Origin: Thermoplasmata archaeon
Lineage (GTDB): Archaea; Thermoplasmatota; Thermoplasmata; Thermoplasmatales; Thermoplasmataceae
Direction: 5' to 3'
Length of the DNA stretch: 64,000 nt
Assembly (NCBI GenBank): GCA_021820525.1
Contig: JAKADM010000004.1
Coordinates: forward strand, 45,318-109,317
The notes below the pieces were generated by a model, which worked only from the letters and a program-made list of their open reading frames with translations, was not told the origin of the DNA and searched no databases. Each line of letters starts with the position of its first letter. The stretch's first letter is position 1. Both the position numbers and the translations under genes were made by a program. This document shows positions 49,508 through 60,174 of this stretch, in pieces.

Positions 49508-51494
49508 TATTATTGTTAACTGCACGGTTGGAAAGAATGCAAACCTGTGGCATTATGGAGACTCTGGCCTCAGGATAGAAAAGAGGAGTTTCAGGAACAG
49601 CATATTCGTCACAGGAGATCCATACGATCTGGATTTTTTGAGCAACCAGCTTGAATTTGCAAATGGAATCAGTTTCAGGTTGGATAGGGGAAGGAATGTT
49701 TACGGAGATATGGAAGGTTTGAGGATATATGTGCCATTCAGATCAGAAAGGGAACTCATAAGGAATATAAGGGCCATAGGCCTGGGAAGAAAGTTCAGGA
49801 TATATAACGGCCTGATCAACGGCCCACTGAAATTTCTTGGGGAAAACGGGCTCAAGCTATTTGAAAATGAAAGCCCATATGATCATGATCCGGAAATACC
49901 CATGCTTGACATAGATGTTAATTACACATCCCATGGCTTCCATTCTGCAACAATTAATGGGTTGAAGCTGGAAAGGGAATGTGACGCGGTAGATATATTT
50001 CTTGATCTCCTTCCTGAATCTGTTTTTTTCCTTTACGGAAATTTTTCAGGAATGGCAGAGTTCATGAGAAAAGCATCATTTTACAGCAATATGAAATACC
50101 GCCTGAAGGGCGGCAATTCGTACAGTTCCTACGGGCAGGTGCACTATAATGGACCGACAGTTCACATACTGGGAAAGATATCCATACCAAAATCCTCCTT
50201 CATGTATACGGAAGGAGGCCTGGCTGGGATTATGGAGATTTCCAGAATAACCGGACTTCCACCAGAAACAGTGTCAATGTCCACACCTGGAACAGCAGTT
50301 TCTTCCATGGAAGTTTACGAAGCCATAAGGAAAGGAATTATGCCCATAACAGACAAGGACGACCACGAGGATATTCGATCCGTGGAAGATTTCATGAAAA
50401 ATGATCATGGCGGGTATGTCATGCAGCCCAGGCCAGGCGTTTATAAGGATGTGATTGAGATAGATTTTTCATCCATGTATCCGTCCATAATGCACCATTT
50501 CAATCTATCCCCTGAAACAGTAAACAGGAGTTGCGGATTGAAACTTCCAGGTGAAAACCCCTATTACTGCAGCCAGAACCATGGATTCATTCCGGATGCA
50601 ATTGGGAGCCTTCTAAAAAGAAGGCTCTTATACAAGAGTGCAAAGAAATGGGGCAGGGATTATGAAATGAGGGACAGGGTACTTAAATGGCTTCTCCTCA
50701 CATCCTTTGGATACACCGGTTTTAAAAACGCAAGATTCGGAAAGATAGAGATGCATGAGGCCATAACATCCATCGGAAGATGGGCCCTTCAGAGGGCAAT
50801 GGAAATATGCGAGGAGGAGGGTTTTAAAATAATCCACGGCATTGTGGATTCTCTCTTTATCCAGGGAAAGGGTGATAGTTCGAAAGTTCTGAGAAGGATC
50901 AGAAAGGAAACGTCCATAAATATAGTGAAGGATGGCCACTATCCATGGATAGTATTTCTACCGGCAAGATCAGGTCTTGGTGCATTGAACAGATATTTTG
51001 GAATGAAGGATGGGGGTGAATTTAAGGTGAGAGGCATAGCCATGCGCAGGGGAGACTATCCCGAAATAAGTTCTCTGGCACAGGAGGATGCCCTTTCCCT
51101 CATGGAAAGTTTCGATCCGGAAAGGGATATGACTGATCTCTACGGAAAATATATGGCACTGAGAAATGAATATATGAACATGAACATAACCGATGCAGAC
51201 ATATTCAAAATAAGGGTGAGGCCATCAAGGCACAGGTCAATGTATAATGTTAACAATCTCCAAAAATCTGTAATGGATTACTGTGCATCTGAGGGTATGG
51301 AAATAAGCCCTGGGGAAAGTGTATACGTTGTTGTAAACGATTATAAGAACAGGGTTTTTTCAGTGGACGGTGGAGTTCCGGACAGAAAATATTACAGGGA
51401 AATAATGGAAAGGACATTCGAGCCCTTTGATTTCGCATTCAATCAGGCAGTAAGGTCAAAGCCTGCCAGAAATCTCCTTGATTTTTTCCATTAG
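49500..51494 (+). CDS. polB2: Family B DNA polymerase, PolB2/Dpo2 group
   Basis: Motif A DFSSMYPS, motif B KWLLLTSFGY, altered motif C HGIVDS, KVRG; no recognisable exonuclease motifs. Confidence 0.92.
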   Translation: MNDIIVNCTVGKNANLWHYGDSGLRIEKRSFRNSIFVTGDPYDLDFLSNQLEFANGISFRLDRGRNVYGDMEGLRIYVPFRSERELIRNIRAIGLGRKFRIYNGLINGPLKFLGENGLKLFENESPYDHDPEIPMLDIDVNYTSHGFHSATINGLKLERECDAVDIFLDLLPESVFFLYGNFSGMAEFMRKASFYSNMKYRLKGGNSYSSYGQVHYNGPTVHILGKISIPKSSFMYTEGGLAGIMEISRITGLPPETVSMSTPGTAVSSMEVYEAIRKGIMPITDKDDHEDIRSVEDFMKNDHGGYVMQPRPGVYKDVIEIDFSSMYPSIMHHFNLSPETVNRSCGLKLPGENPYYCSQNHGFIPDAIGSLLKRRLLYKSAKKWGRDYEMRDRVLKWLLLTSFGYTGFKNARFGKIEMHEAITSIGRWALQRAMEICEEEGFKIIHGIVDSLFIQGKGDSSKVLRRIRKETSINIVKDGHYPWIVFLPARSGLGALNRYFGMKDGGEFKVRGIAMRRGDYPEISSLAQEDALSLMESFDPERDMTDLYGKYMALRNEYMNMNITDADIFKIRVRPSRHRSMYNVNNLQKSVMDYCASEGMEISPGESVYVVVNDYKNRVFSVDGGVPDRKYYREIMERTFEPFDFAFNQAVRSKPARNLLDFFH

Positions 51495-52565
51495 AACCTC
51501 CACAGGCACATCATTTACATAGAGTTTTTTCCTCACACCCATGCCAGGGCCAAAGCTTTCAAGCCTGCTCTCAATAATATCAAGTGTTTCAAGATGCCTT
51601 ATGGATCTGTATATGAAGGCAGTATCCGGTGTCTTGATTCCATGGATCTCGGTGTTCATGGAGAATGTTTTTGTGAGTGATTCCATGGTGCAGTCTCCCC
51701 CATCCATCAGGTTCTGGCACACCGATTGCAGGAGCAAAATCTCCCTGAAATCAAGCTCCATAAGTTTGCTTTCTGTGATAAATGGATTTATCATTGCAGA
51801 TGCAGCCCTCACGTCCTCGGCATCAATACACTCCGATCCCCCATACTGTGCACTGAAGGCCGATTTCTGCAAAATTTCTATGGCCATTCTGGCGCTGCCC
51901 GATCTTTCGCACAGCTGAGCTATCTGAATTATGGTATCTTCCTTGAATGAACCGGGATAGAGAGATATTTCTGCCCTGGATCTTACAATATCTCCAAGTT
52001 GATCTATGGTATACTTATCAAATTTGATCTCGTTGAAGACACCAAGTTTTCTCATATCTGCCGCTGTAAGATGGAGTGCAGGATTATCCAGGGATATTAT
52101 TATTGTGCCAATGGATGAGCCAAAAAGCTCCCCTGCCCTCATTATGGTGTAAAGGCCTTCAAAATCCTTCCTTATTAGATTCAGGGATTCATCCACAATA
52201 AGGAGGACATTTTTGTTCCTTATCCTTTCAATTGACCTGAAAACGGATTCATAGGAAAATTTCCCCTCAATGCTTATCCCCATGGAGTATGCAAGATCAC
52301 CCATGACTTTTTTAAACGAACTTATGGAGATTGCGTTTTCATAAAAAATGTGTATTTCATCTTCACTCCCCATTATTCTCTTCATCGTGGCAGTCTTTCC
52401 AGTTCCAGACTGCCCATAAACAAAGGCGGAAGAACCTATGCCATTTTTCAGGGGAAGAATGACAGAAGTGAATATATCCCTTATCTGTTTTTCCCTGTGT
52501 ATTATCTTCTCTGGAATAAAAAAAGTTTCAAGGGGTTCAGGATCCCTTATTATCTTGCTGATCAT
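51456..52565 (-). CDS. cdc6: Orc1/Cdc6-family AAA+ protein
   Basis: PEKIIHRE, GQSGTGKT, LIVDE, FDKYT..QL..I...R, GSARMAI; C-terminal wHTH. Confidence 0.92.
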   Translation of the reverse strand: MISKIIRDPEPLETFFIPEKIIHREKQIRDIFTSVILPLKNGIGSSAFVYGQSGTGKTATMKRIMGSEDEIHIFYENAISISSFKKVMGDLAYSMGISIEGKFSYESVFRSIERIRNKNVLLIVDESLNLIRKDFEGLYTIMRAGELFGSSIGTIIISLDNPALHLTAADMRKLGVFNEIKFDKYTIDQLGDIVRSRAEISLYPGSFKEDTIIQIAQLCERSGSARMAIEILQKSAFSAQYGGSECIDAEDVRAASAMINPFITESKLMELDFREILLLQSVCQNLMDGGDCTMESLTKTFSMNTEIHGIKTPDTAFIYRSIRHLETLDIIESRLESFGPGMGVRKKLYVNDVPVEVLMEKIKEISGRL

Positions 52566-54241
52566 GCCCTAGCCAGTGCTGCCAGAGATGTAATCTCTCT
52601 GTTCCTCTGTATGCCGTAGTTCTTGACCTTTTCCACATCAACACCCATCTTTTTTGCCCTCTTTTCAATGAATTTCATCATCAGGTAACCACCGCCAGAT
52701 ATTACGCTGCCTGTACCTATTCTGGCAAGGAAGTTTCCGCTTGTATCTCTGAATCCATCCCTTGCGGACATTTTCGCCAGGTGCCTGTAGGACGCATAAT
52801 ATACAGCCATCATATCCTGTGTGAGCATATTCTTATTGAGCGATCTTGATTTAATCCTTCCAAGGGGCACATTGACCAGGGGTGTAACCGTAAATTCGAA
52901 TGGCCTCCCATCTACATAGGAATTGCTCAGTCTGTTTATCATCTCAATGGTCTGCCAGTTATCCTCGGGTGTTTCTTCGTTTTGCCCAACCTGAAGTGTG
53001 AATGCAGGTCTCCAGTAGTTCCTTGTTTCAACATAAACGCCTTCCCATACAATGTCCTGCCATGATCCGTCTGGTCCGATTTTCAGCGGAAGAGTCTTGT
53101 TTGGCATGTGCTTCTTTGCCAGTTCATCACTGCCGGTTTCAACACCTGTCTGAATGCCGATCCAGTTGTCTGGGCCAGCCTTCAATATTTTGGAGAAATG
53201 GGCAATCATATCAGGGTATCCTGCAGGGATGGATATTCTCCCATGGGTTGGATTTGATGTCTTTATGCCCTTCACATTCATTACAGCTGTGAACAGTTCT
53301 GTTAAGGCTTCTTCATTGGGGGCAAACATATTTCCATGCTTAAATCCAAATATTTCATCGGAGTGCAGCCATGCATTGGTTATTCCTGCTCTGCTATTTA
53401 TTTCAATTTCATGTACAATCTGTTCAATAGGTTCATATCTAAGTGGTCTGAGTGTAACTTCACAGAAATCGCAGCCAACGCCACAGCCCCTCATTACTTC
53501 AACCATTCCCTTCACAGAGGGAGCAACTATGGGTGGAATATCCTCAAGCCTTGGATAGGCCGATTTTGAATAACCCCTTGAAAGGAAAAGCGGATCCTTT
53601 TTGACAATCCTCTTAAAGTTCTCATCATAGGATACATATCCCTCCTGGAATATGGATTTATCAATATCTCCTCTTGATATTTGATCAAATAGCAACGGGG
53701 CTATATCATCAGCCTCTCCTGTGAATATGTAGTCGAAATGATACCTCTCTATTTCATCCCTTAAAATCGTGAATTCCCAAACTCCGGGTCCACCAACTAT
53801 GAGCTTTGCCTTCTTTCCCTGTCTCACAGCGTTGATCTTTGCCATCAGGGCATCCCAGTCCCTTCTTACCCACGCATCCAGTTCCCCACCAAAGAGTGCA
53901 TAGTATGACATGGTTGTGGGCCCTATTCCCAGAGGATCCATGGTGGACACGGCAATTATTTCCGTATCATCCTTTATGAAATTGCTCAGGTAATCTTCAT
54001 GGGCTACGGCCACATCCTCTCTCCTGTACTTTGTGAGAAGGGAAGCCTCCAGTTTTCTTATGGCATAGGGTGCAAATACGGTTTCACCGTTGGGCTTTGC
54101 CGGTGGGGCAGGACCCTTCAGGAATTTGTAAACCGTTTCCGGAATAGCCTTCCCCGGTGCGCAGGGAAGAAAGTCCAGCAGTGGAAAATTTCTGTATTCA
54201 TAACTTAACGTACTGTCCGAAATAAGTACAAACTTCGTCAT
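52562..54241 (-). CDS. B12-binding-type radical SAM protein, GDGT ring synthase (GrsA/B)-like
   Basis: CGVGCDFC, APYAIRKLEA, STMDPLG.GP, VGGPG.W, GVETGS. The Grs assignment is from remembered motifs. Confidence 0.75.
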   Translation of the reverse strand: MTKFVLISDSTLSYEYRNFPLLDFLPCAPGKAIPETVYKFLKGPAPPAKPNGETVFAPYAIRKLEASLLTKYRREDVAVAHEDYLSNFIKDDTEIIAVSTMDPLGIGPTTMSYYALFGGELDAWVRRDWDALMAKINAVRQGKKAKLIVGGPGVWEFTILRDEIERYHFDYIFTGEADDIAPLLFDQISRGDIDKSIFQEGYVSYDENFKRIVKKDPLFLSRGYSKSAYPRLEDIPPIVAPSVKGMVEVMRGCGVGCDFCEVTLRPLRYEPIEQIVHEIEINSRAGITNAWLHSDEIFGFKHGNMFAPNEEALTELFTAVMNVKGIKTSNPTHGRISIPAGYPDMIAHFSKILKAGPDNWIGIQTGVETGSDELAKKHMPNKTLPLKIGPDGSWQDIVWEGVYVETRNYWRPAFTLQVGQNEETPEDNWQTIEMINRLSNSYVDGRPFEFTVTPLVNVPLGRIKSRSLNKNMLTQDMMAVYYASYRHLAKMSARDGFRDTSGNFLARIGTGSVISGGGYLMMKFIEKRAKKMGVDVEKVKNYGIQRNREITSLAALARA

Positions 54242-54401
54242 AATATCTCACCTACATGTTAGAATTTAATAGTTCTTAAACTTTTTTTCTCCCATATATA
54301 TGATTTTATAGTAAATAGCGGTATTTCCAGTTATTTTGATCATAAAAAGAAATAGAAAAAGCCAGCCCTGATTGTAATGAATCCCTGTTAAATTATATTT
54401 A

Positions 54402-54893
54402 TTAAACTTTGAATATTGCAAACCCTGTGGCTGCAAATGCTCCCGAGGGAGACATTACAAGAATTTTGACGATGGATGATGGCTCAGCCTTTGGTCCTGG
54501 CATACTTTCTGGAATGTAGTTGAATACAGTTTTGTTCACATAAAGTTTCAGATGAACTTCTGTTCCGTTTTTGAAATTGTTGAGCAATACATAGTTTCCT
54601 GGATATTGCGTAGTATTGAAGCAGGTAAGATTTACGCTCTGGTTCTGGTATGTAAAGTTGTTGTAATCAAATATGTATATCTTTGAATTGTTTGAATAAA
54701 GTGTAAAATTGAAATCAATTACACCTGGCCTGTCAATAAGCACATAGTTTGTTGATGGAGATGTTATGTTTGCATACCCTGATGCCTTTGTAGTGACGCT
54801 TGAATCGCTTGTAAGTATGGTGGCAGAAGCAACAGACACAAATACTATGACCAGAATGATACTCAATATGACTGTCCCAGTCCTTCCTAGCAT
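54402..54893 (-). CDS. Hypothetical secreted/anchored glycoprotein
   Basis: N-terminal hydrophobic helix and many N-X-S/T sequons. Confidence 0.75.
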   Translation of the reverse strand: MLGRTGTVILSIILVIVFVSVASATILTSDSSVTTKASGYANITSPSTNYVLIDRPGVIDFNFTLYSNNSKIYIFDYNNFTYQNQSVNLTCFNTTQYPGNYVLLNNFKNGTEVHLKLYVNKTVFNYIPESMPGPKAEPSSIVKILVMSPSGAFAATGFAIFKV

Positions 54894-54989
54894 AATTCCA
54901 TATTTCTAAATAGTATTTAAAACCTATTAATATTTAATCAATTAAACAATTATCAATTAAGTATTTATAACATAGAACTATTATCCGGT

Positions 54990-56753
54990 ATGGTTCAGTA
55001 TAAATGGGTTGCTCTATCAAACACTACCCTTGGCGTATTGATGGGTTCCATAAATTCTACAATCATTCTCATATCCCTGCCAGCAATTTTCAAAGGAATA
55101 CATCTGGATCCTTTCCTGGGGTCATCCTTCCAGTATCTTCTGTGGATTCTTATGGGTTACATGATGGTCACTGCGGTTCTCCTTGTAACCATAGGTAGGC
55201 TATCAGATATTTACGGAAGGGTCAGGCTTTTCAATCTCGGTTTTTTAATATTCACTGTAGGATCAATTCTTCTGTATCTGACACCAAGCACAGGCGATCT
55301 TGGTGCGCAGGAACTAATCATATTTAGAATAGTGCAGGCTATAGGCGGTTCATTCCTGATGGCAAACTCTGCCGCCATTATAACAGACAGTTTTCCATCA
55401 AATGAAAGGGGTAAGGCAATGGGAATAAATCAGGTAGCCGCCCTTGCCGGGTCACTGGTTGGCCTTATCCTCGGAGGAATTCTGGCATCCATATACTGGA
55501 GAGATGTGTTCCTCGTAAGTGTTCCCGTGGGAATATTCGGAACAGTATGGTCATACTGGAAACTGAAGGATCATTCAAAGAGGCACACAAACCAGAAGCT
55601 GGATATTCCAGGAAATCTTGCCTTTGCGGGTGGCCTTACACTGATTCTTGTGGCAATCACCTATGGTTTGATGCCGTACAAATCATCAGCCATGGGATGG
55701 GGCGATCCCTATGTGCAGTTTTCCCTTGTGGTTGGAGTAATAATGCTGATTGCATTTGTTTTCATAGAGAGGGTTGTGGAACAGCCAATGTTCAACCTTT
55801 CTCTTTTCAGAAACAGGGCATTTACAACGGGAAGTTTTGCAAGCCTTCTCCAGTCCATGGGAATGGGTGGCCTGATGTTTATGATAATCATACTTCTGCA
55901 GGGAATATGGCTTCCACTGCATGGATACAGTTATAGCAGCGTTCCTTTCTGGGCAGGAATTTATACCATACCCATGATGCTGGGATTCGTTGTATTTGGG
56001 CCGATTTCAGGAGCGATGTCTGATAAAATGGGTGCGAGAGGGATATCCACATTTGGCCTTCTTGTAAGCGCTGTTGCATTCATTTTTCTTTCAACGCTTT
56101 CATATGACTTCTCTTACATACCGTTCGCACTCATGCTCTTTATGATGGGTTCAGGAATGGGCCTGTTCGCCGCACCTAACATAACTGCGGTGATGAATTC
56201 AGTACCGCCCCATCTCAGGGGAGTGGCCTCAGGAATGAGGTCAACCTTGCAGAACACAGGGCAGACAATGAGTATGGGCATATTCTTCACAATCGTGATC
56301 GTTTATCTCACAAGATTGCTTCCAGGAGCATTTTCAGCCTCTCTGGCAAAGGCAGGAGCACCCGTGCTCATACCTGTTTTCACAAATATACCTCCAACCT
56401 CTGCCCTGTTCTCAGCTTTTCTGGGATACAATCCTGTTAAGACAATACTTGAAACCGGCGGTCTATCTTCACTGGCAAGCCTCATACCTCCTGCAGTCCT
56501 TACAACCCTTGAGGGAAAAATTTGGTTCCCCACGGCAATTGCCGGGTCATTCATGTCATCTCTCAGGGTAACATTCTACGCAGGTTCACTCATATTCGTC
56601 GCTGGAGCGATCCTCTCACTTCTCAGAGGAAAGAGGGTAGTTTATGACGAACTCGGTCCTGAGGAAACTGGCGTTGAACCACCTGAAGAGGTAAGGATTG
56701 TGGACGGAAAGCCTGTGTCAGGTGAAAGCGCTGTAAAAACAGAGTCACAGTAA
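54990..56753 (+). CDS. MFS transporter, DHA2 (EmrB-like)
   Basis: [29 protein letters not shown]. Confidence 0.93.
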   Translation: MVQYKWVALSNTTLGVLMGSINSTIILISLPAIFKGIHLDPFLGSSFQYLLWILMGYMMVTAVLLVTIGRLSDIYGRVRLFNLGFLIFTVGSILLYLTPSTGDLGAQELIIFRIVQAIGGSFLMANSAAIITDSFPSNERGKAMGINQVAALAGSLVGLILGGILASIYWRDVFLVSVPVGIFGTVWSYWKLKDHSKRHTNQKLDIPGNLAFAGGLTLILVAITYGLMPYKSSAMGWGDPYVQFSLVVGVIMLIAFVFIERVVEQPMFNLSLFRNRAFTTGSFASLLQSMGMGGLMFMIIILLQGIWLPLHGYSYSSVPFWAGIYTIPMMLGFVVFGPISGAMSDKMGARGISTFGLLVSAVAFIFLSTLSYDFSYIPFALMLFMMGSGMGLFAAPNITAVMNSVPPHLRGVASGMRSTLQNTGQTMSMGIFFTIVIVYLTRLLPGAFSASLAKAGAPVLIPVFTNIPPTSALFSAFLGYNPVKTILETGGLSSLASLIPPAVLTTLEGKIWFPTAIAGSFMSSLRVTFYAGSLIFVAGAILSLLRGKRVVYDELGPEETGVEPPEEVRIVDGKPVSGESAVKTESQ

Positions 56754-56822
56754 AAATAATATTAATTTTTGTTTGCTAATACTGGCTAAAATCTTACATA
56801 TGAGACATGAATAAATTTTATA

Positions 56823-57812
56823 TTGCTTGTAAAGTTTTCATTTGTGGAAGGGCAGGAGGATCATATAGAATTAAAGATCTTGAAATGTTTATACTGGTCA
56901 GGCAATGATTTTTCAAAAAGGCCCACATACTGGCAGATATCAAAGGACACTGGGGTCAATCCAAAGGTAATAAGCAGTAAGATGGAGAGAATGAAAACTG
57001 AGGGTTTTTTCCTGGGTGTGACGTTGATGATCGATCCGGGGATACTTAAGTTGAAGAGAAAGGGATTTCTTGGAAAAATTGACGGAAGTTTTGGCGAATA
57101 TGAGGAAAATCTGCTGAAAAATTGCGAATTCATATATGGATATCATATTCTAAACATGGAAATGGATCTGCTATTCATTGATGTTATTTATGAGGATGAA
57201 AGTTCTCTCAGTGAATATGTAAAAAGGTTACAATCCCTGATTCCACAGATAAATATTATGGAAGAATACGAATCATCCCTGAGAGATATTGTACCTGAAA
57301 GAAGATCTCTGAGCATAATGAACATACTCTCAGAAAACCCATTCATTCCGGTAAACGATATTGCAACAAAAATAGAGATATCATCAGGAAAGGTAAAGAA
57401 ATATATGCAGAGGCTCTGCCAGAAAGAGTGCATGTCCTTTGTCGTTTCCCTGTCCTCTTACAGAAATCTTTTTGCAAATGTATCTGAAATATTCATTAAG
57501 GTAAGGGATGGAAAGAAAGAGGAATTTCTAAAATATGTTTCAAGGGAGGTTGCTAAAAACATTGTTTATAAGATAGACAACTTCAAAAATTTGATCATAA
57601 TGGGCCTTGAACTTAACGATCTGGGTCAGAGCAATAAAATAATGAGGAAGATAAAGAGTTTTTCCGGTGAAATTGAGGCAAACATTTATTTCCCATTTAA
57701 AATGGGCTATTCCGTTCCTGAAATATTAAAGTCAAAACTCATCAGATCTGCCGGAATGCTTATTCAGGCAGAAGAATCTGCCAGTATGCCTTCTGAAGAT
57801 GGGCAATCCTGA
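56823..57812 (+). CDS. Tandem HTH Lrp/AsnC-like transcriptional regulator
   Basis: RPTYWQISKDTGVNPKVI plus a second HTH (VNDIATKIEISSGKV). Paralog of 19519-20433. Confidence 0.7.
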   Translation: MLVKFSFVEGQEDHIELKILKCLYWSGNDFSKRPTYWQISKDTGVNPKVISSKMERMKTEGFFLGVTLMIDPGILKLKRKGFLGKIDGSFGEYEENLLKNCEFIYGYHILNMEMDLLFIDVIYEDESSLSEYVKRLQSLIPQINIMEEYESSLRDIVPERRSLSIMNILSENPFIPVNDIATKIEISSGKVKKYMQRLCQKECMSFVVSLSSYRNLFANVSEIFIKVRDGKKEEFLKYVSREVAKNIVYKIDNFKNLIIMGLELNDLGQSNKIMRKIKSFSGEIEANIYFPFKMGYSVPEILKSKLIRSAGMLIQAEESASMPSEDGQS

Positions 57813-57851
57813 AGTTTTGAAAAGAATTTAATTGGAAAGAATGCCATAAAA

Positions 57852-58610
57852 TCATACTTCTCTCCATCTGGTCAGGAATTTCGCGATTGCAAAGTAAATA
57901 ATTGTTTCACCTATGAGGAATGCCATCATGGTTCCAAACATTGAGTTATCCCATGGCATGAGCCCGAATACCATCTGGGCTGATATGGCTGCAGGCGTGG
58001 CAGGAGAAAGGGATAGAAGGTAAATGAGGCCATCAGTACCAAGTCTTCCCTGAAGGTCCACATAGGGATAGAATGTGGGCGGTATTATTGTCATTATTAT
58101 GGAAAGTATGGATGTTATTCCCCATATGTTCCTTATATGTTTTATCAGGCCTGATATTATGAAGGCTATGGCTGATGTGGATATTATGAGCATTACGATG
58201 AGAAAGGCCATAAAGGCTGAGGTCTGCAATGAGTATAGGCCATAATAGGCACCCAGAAGGGAATAAACAACTATTCCCGGTATGGAAAAGGCAAGAAAAC
58301 TAAGAGTCATGGCAAGCATATAATCGATGGGCGTAACATCACTTGCCACATACAGCTCCTGAATCCTTAACTGCAGTCTGAAAAAGGACGCATCCCCTGC
58401 ACTCTGGAGCCCAATGGAAGCAATCAGGGATATCATCCCGCCTACAATTGCAAACTCCACAAGTTTACCGGCCGTAAGTATATATACAACAAAAAGAAGC
58501 GTTAAGGGTGTGACAAGGGATGCAATTATGTACGATGGGCCCCTTGTTATAACTTTTATTCCATAATAATAGGAAAATTGCAGGATAAATTTAGGATTCA
58601 AGATCAACAC
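57852..58610 (-). CDS. ABC-2 type permease
   Basis: ~6 TM, PPTFYP, LSPATPAA; overlaps the ATPase gene. Confidence 0.88.
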   Translation of the reverse strand: MLILNPKFILQFSYYYGIKVITRGPSYIIASLVTPLTLLFVVYILTAGKLVEFAIVGGMISLIASIGLQSAGDASFFRLQLRIQELYVASDVTPIDYMLAMTLSFLAFSIPGIVVYSLLGAYYGLYSLQTSAFMAFLIVMLIISTSAIAFIISGLIKHIRNIWGITSILSIIMTIIPPTFYPYVDLQGRLGTDGLIYLLSLSPATPAAISAQMVFGLMPWDNSMFGTMMAFLIGETIIYFAIAKFLTRWREV

Positions 58611-59439
58611 CTCTCATAATAAATAGATCATCAAGGGTTATTCTTTTTACAGTTGCCCCTTCCCTGATGTATCTTTCAGTTTCCTCTATGGGTGCATATT
58701 TAATGTACATTCCGGCAACGCTATATGAATCTGGAATCTGCTTCTGTGATTCAATACGTATCCTGTCCTTAAATTTCTGCAACAGGCTCTTTACCGTCCC
58801 ATGATCCATAATTTTTCCAGAGTCCATAAGATATACCTCATTTGAGAGGTTTTCCGCCTCCTCCATATAGTGTGTTGTGAGCAGCACATTGCTTTTCAGC
58901 TTTTTTATGGCCGACCAGACTTCAAAACGGGACAGAGGATCAAGGCCGGTCGTGGGCTCATCAAGAAATACCATGTTTGCCCCTGAGGCAATGGACAGGG
59001 CAACAAACATCTTCCTTTTCATTCCTCCACTGAGGGTGTCTGCAGGAGAATTCATGGCATCCCCAAGTCCAACGGTTTCAAGCGCTTCTATGGCCAGGGA
59101 AGATGCATCCTTTCTGTCAAACTTTCTTCCTACGAGATACATTTTAACCTGTTCGTATGGAGTCAGTATGCCTATGGGAGAAGCTTCCTGAGGAATGCTC
59201 GATATCATCTCCCTTACCTTTTTCGTATCCTTAATTATGTCGTAACCTTCAACCACAGCCGTTCCCGATGTGGGAAGTAACTGTGTGGATAACATTCTCA
59301 GGAGGGTTGTTTTTCCTGCGCCATTCCTTCCAATCAGTGTAGTGACTCTTTCGTTCATTTCCGCACTTATCTTGTTTACAGCGATCTTTCCTCCACTGTA
59401 AACTTTCTCAATACTTTTTATTTCGATCGTAAATATCAC
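58591..59439 (-). CDS. ABC exporter ATP-binding protein
   Basis: GRNGAGKTT, LSGGMKRK, LDEPTTGLDP, TTHYMEEA. Confidence 0.95.
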   Translation of the reverse strand: MIFTIEIKSIEKVYSGGKIAVNKISAEMNERVTTLIGRNGAGKTTLLRMLSTQLLPTSGTAVVEGYDIIKDTKKVREMISSIPQEASPIGILTPYEQVKMYLVGRKFDRKDASSLAIEALETVGLGDAMNSPADTLSGGMKRKMFVALSIASGANMVFLDEPTTGLDPLSRFEVWSAIKKLKSNVLLTTHYMEEAENLSNEVYLMDSGKIMDHGTVKSLLQKFKDRIRIESQKQIPDSYSVAGMYIKYAPIEETERYIREGATVKRITLDDLFIMRGVDLES

Positions 59440-59447
59440 CCTTTTGA

Positions 59448-59987
59448 TCAGTTCTTATTTTCTTCCTTAAAAAACTCCTCTTCCGGAGGTTTGAATTTTT
59501 CCCTCTTTACAAAACCTAAAATCAGAACAATCACTGAGATTCCCATTAATAACAGGCCAATAAGCAGTACTATGCCTAAGGCAGTAAATGTAGTCTCGTG
59601 GCTGACGTAGGAGTAAATCACGCCTGGGGCGGGTGACAGGAAAGACACAAGATAGTACGAGCCTCCCGGAACAAGGAACTCACTTCCTGTCTCTGGCATG
59701 TTACCGTTTACTGGAATCAGGGAGTAATTTGCAATGTTTGATCTGTTTATGTAATTTATATTCGAAGCCTTTACAAGATAAAAGGTTGAATTTCCACCTT
59801 CCACATCTATGAGGCCATTTCCAGATATATTAATCTCACGTGATTCATAAACACCGTTCTTCTGAATGTAGTTTGTTCCAACCTTCAGATAATCTGCGGT
59901 TATGGATATACCTGCAACTGCAAGAACTATGCCTATTACAAGAATTATTATTCCTTTCTTAATTATATCTTTGCGCACAGACTTCAA
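59448..59987 (-). CDS. Hypothetical membrane protein (TM, extracellular domain, TM)
   Basis: Hydrophobic termini; 8 bp upstream of the ABC ATPase. Confidence 0.75.
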   Translation of the reverse strand: MKSVRKDIIKKGIIILVIGIVLAVAGISITADYLKVGTNYIQKNGVYESREINISGNGLIDVEGGNSTFYLVKASNINYINRSNIANYSLIPVNGNMPETGSEFLVPGGSYYLVSFLSPAPGVIYSYVSHETTFTALGIVLLIGLLLMGISVIVLILGFVKREKFKPPEEEFFKEENKN

Positions 59988-60174
59988 ACATGGATTATAA
60001 GCACTCTAATTAAATTAATCGTGATCTGTCATCAAACTTTGAAAATAATGGGGAATCAGAGCTGGATAGGAAAATTTTTTTGATCACCATGTCCCGGCGA
60101 GCCGGAAAACATTTGCTTTCACAGGTCTTATCTTGGATATGAAAGATATTTAAATAATAAAATATTTTCCGCGT

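Noticed and set aside
54402-54893. Possible pilin substrate for the A24 peptidase (MLGRTG|TVIL)
   Set aside because: Poor match to the [KR][GA] class III cleavage consensus, and no pilus genes are adjacent
54935-54962. ATCAATTAA repeats resembling a motif upstream of padR
   Set aside because: Short and AT-rich, so could arise by chance; needs a genome-wide test
60091-60106. GC-rich mini-hairpin ccggcgagccgg in an intergenic region
   Set aside because: Only a 4-5 bp stem with no supporting context
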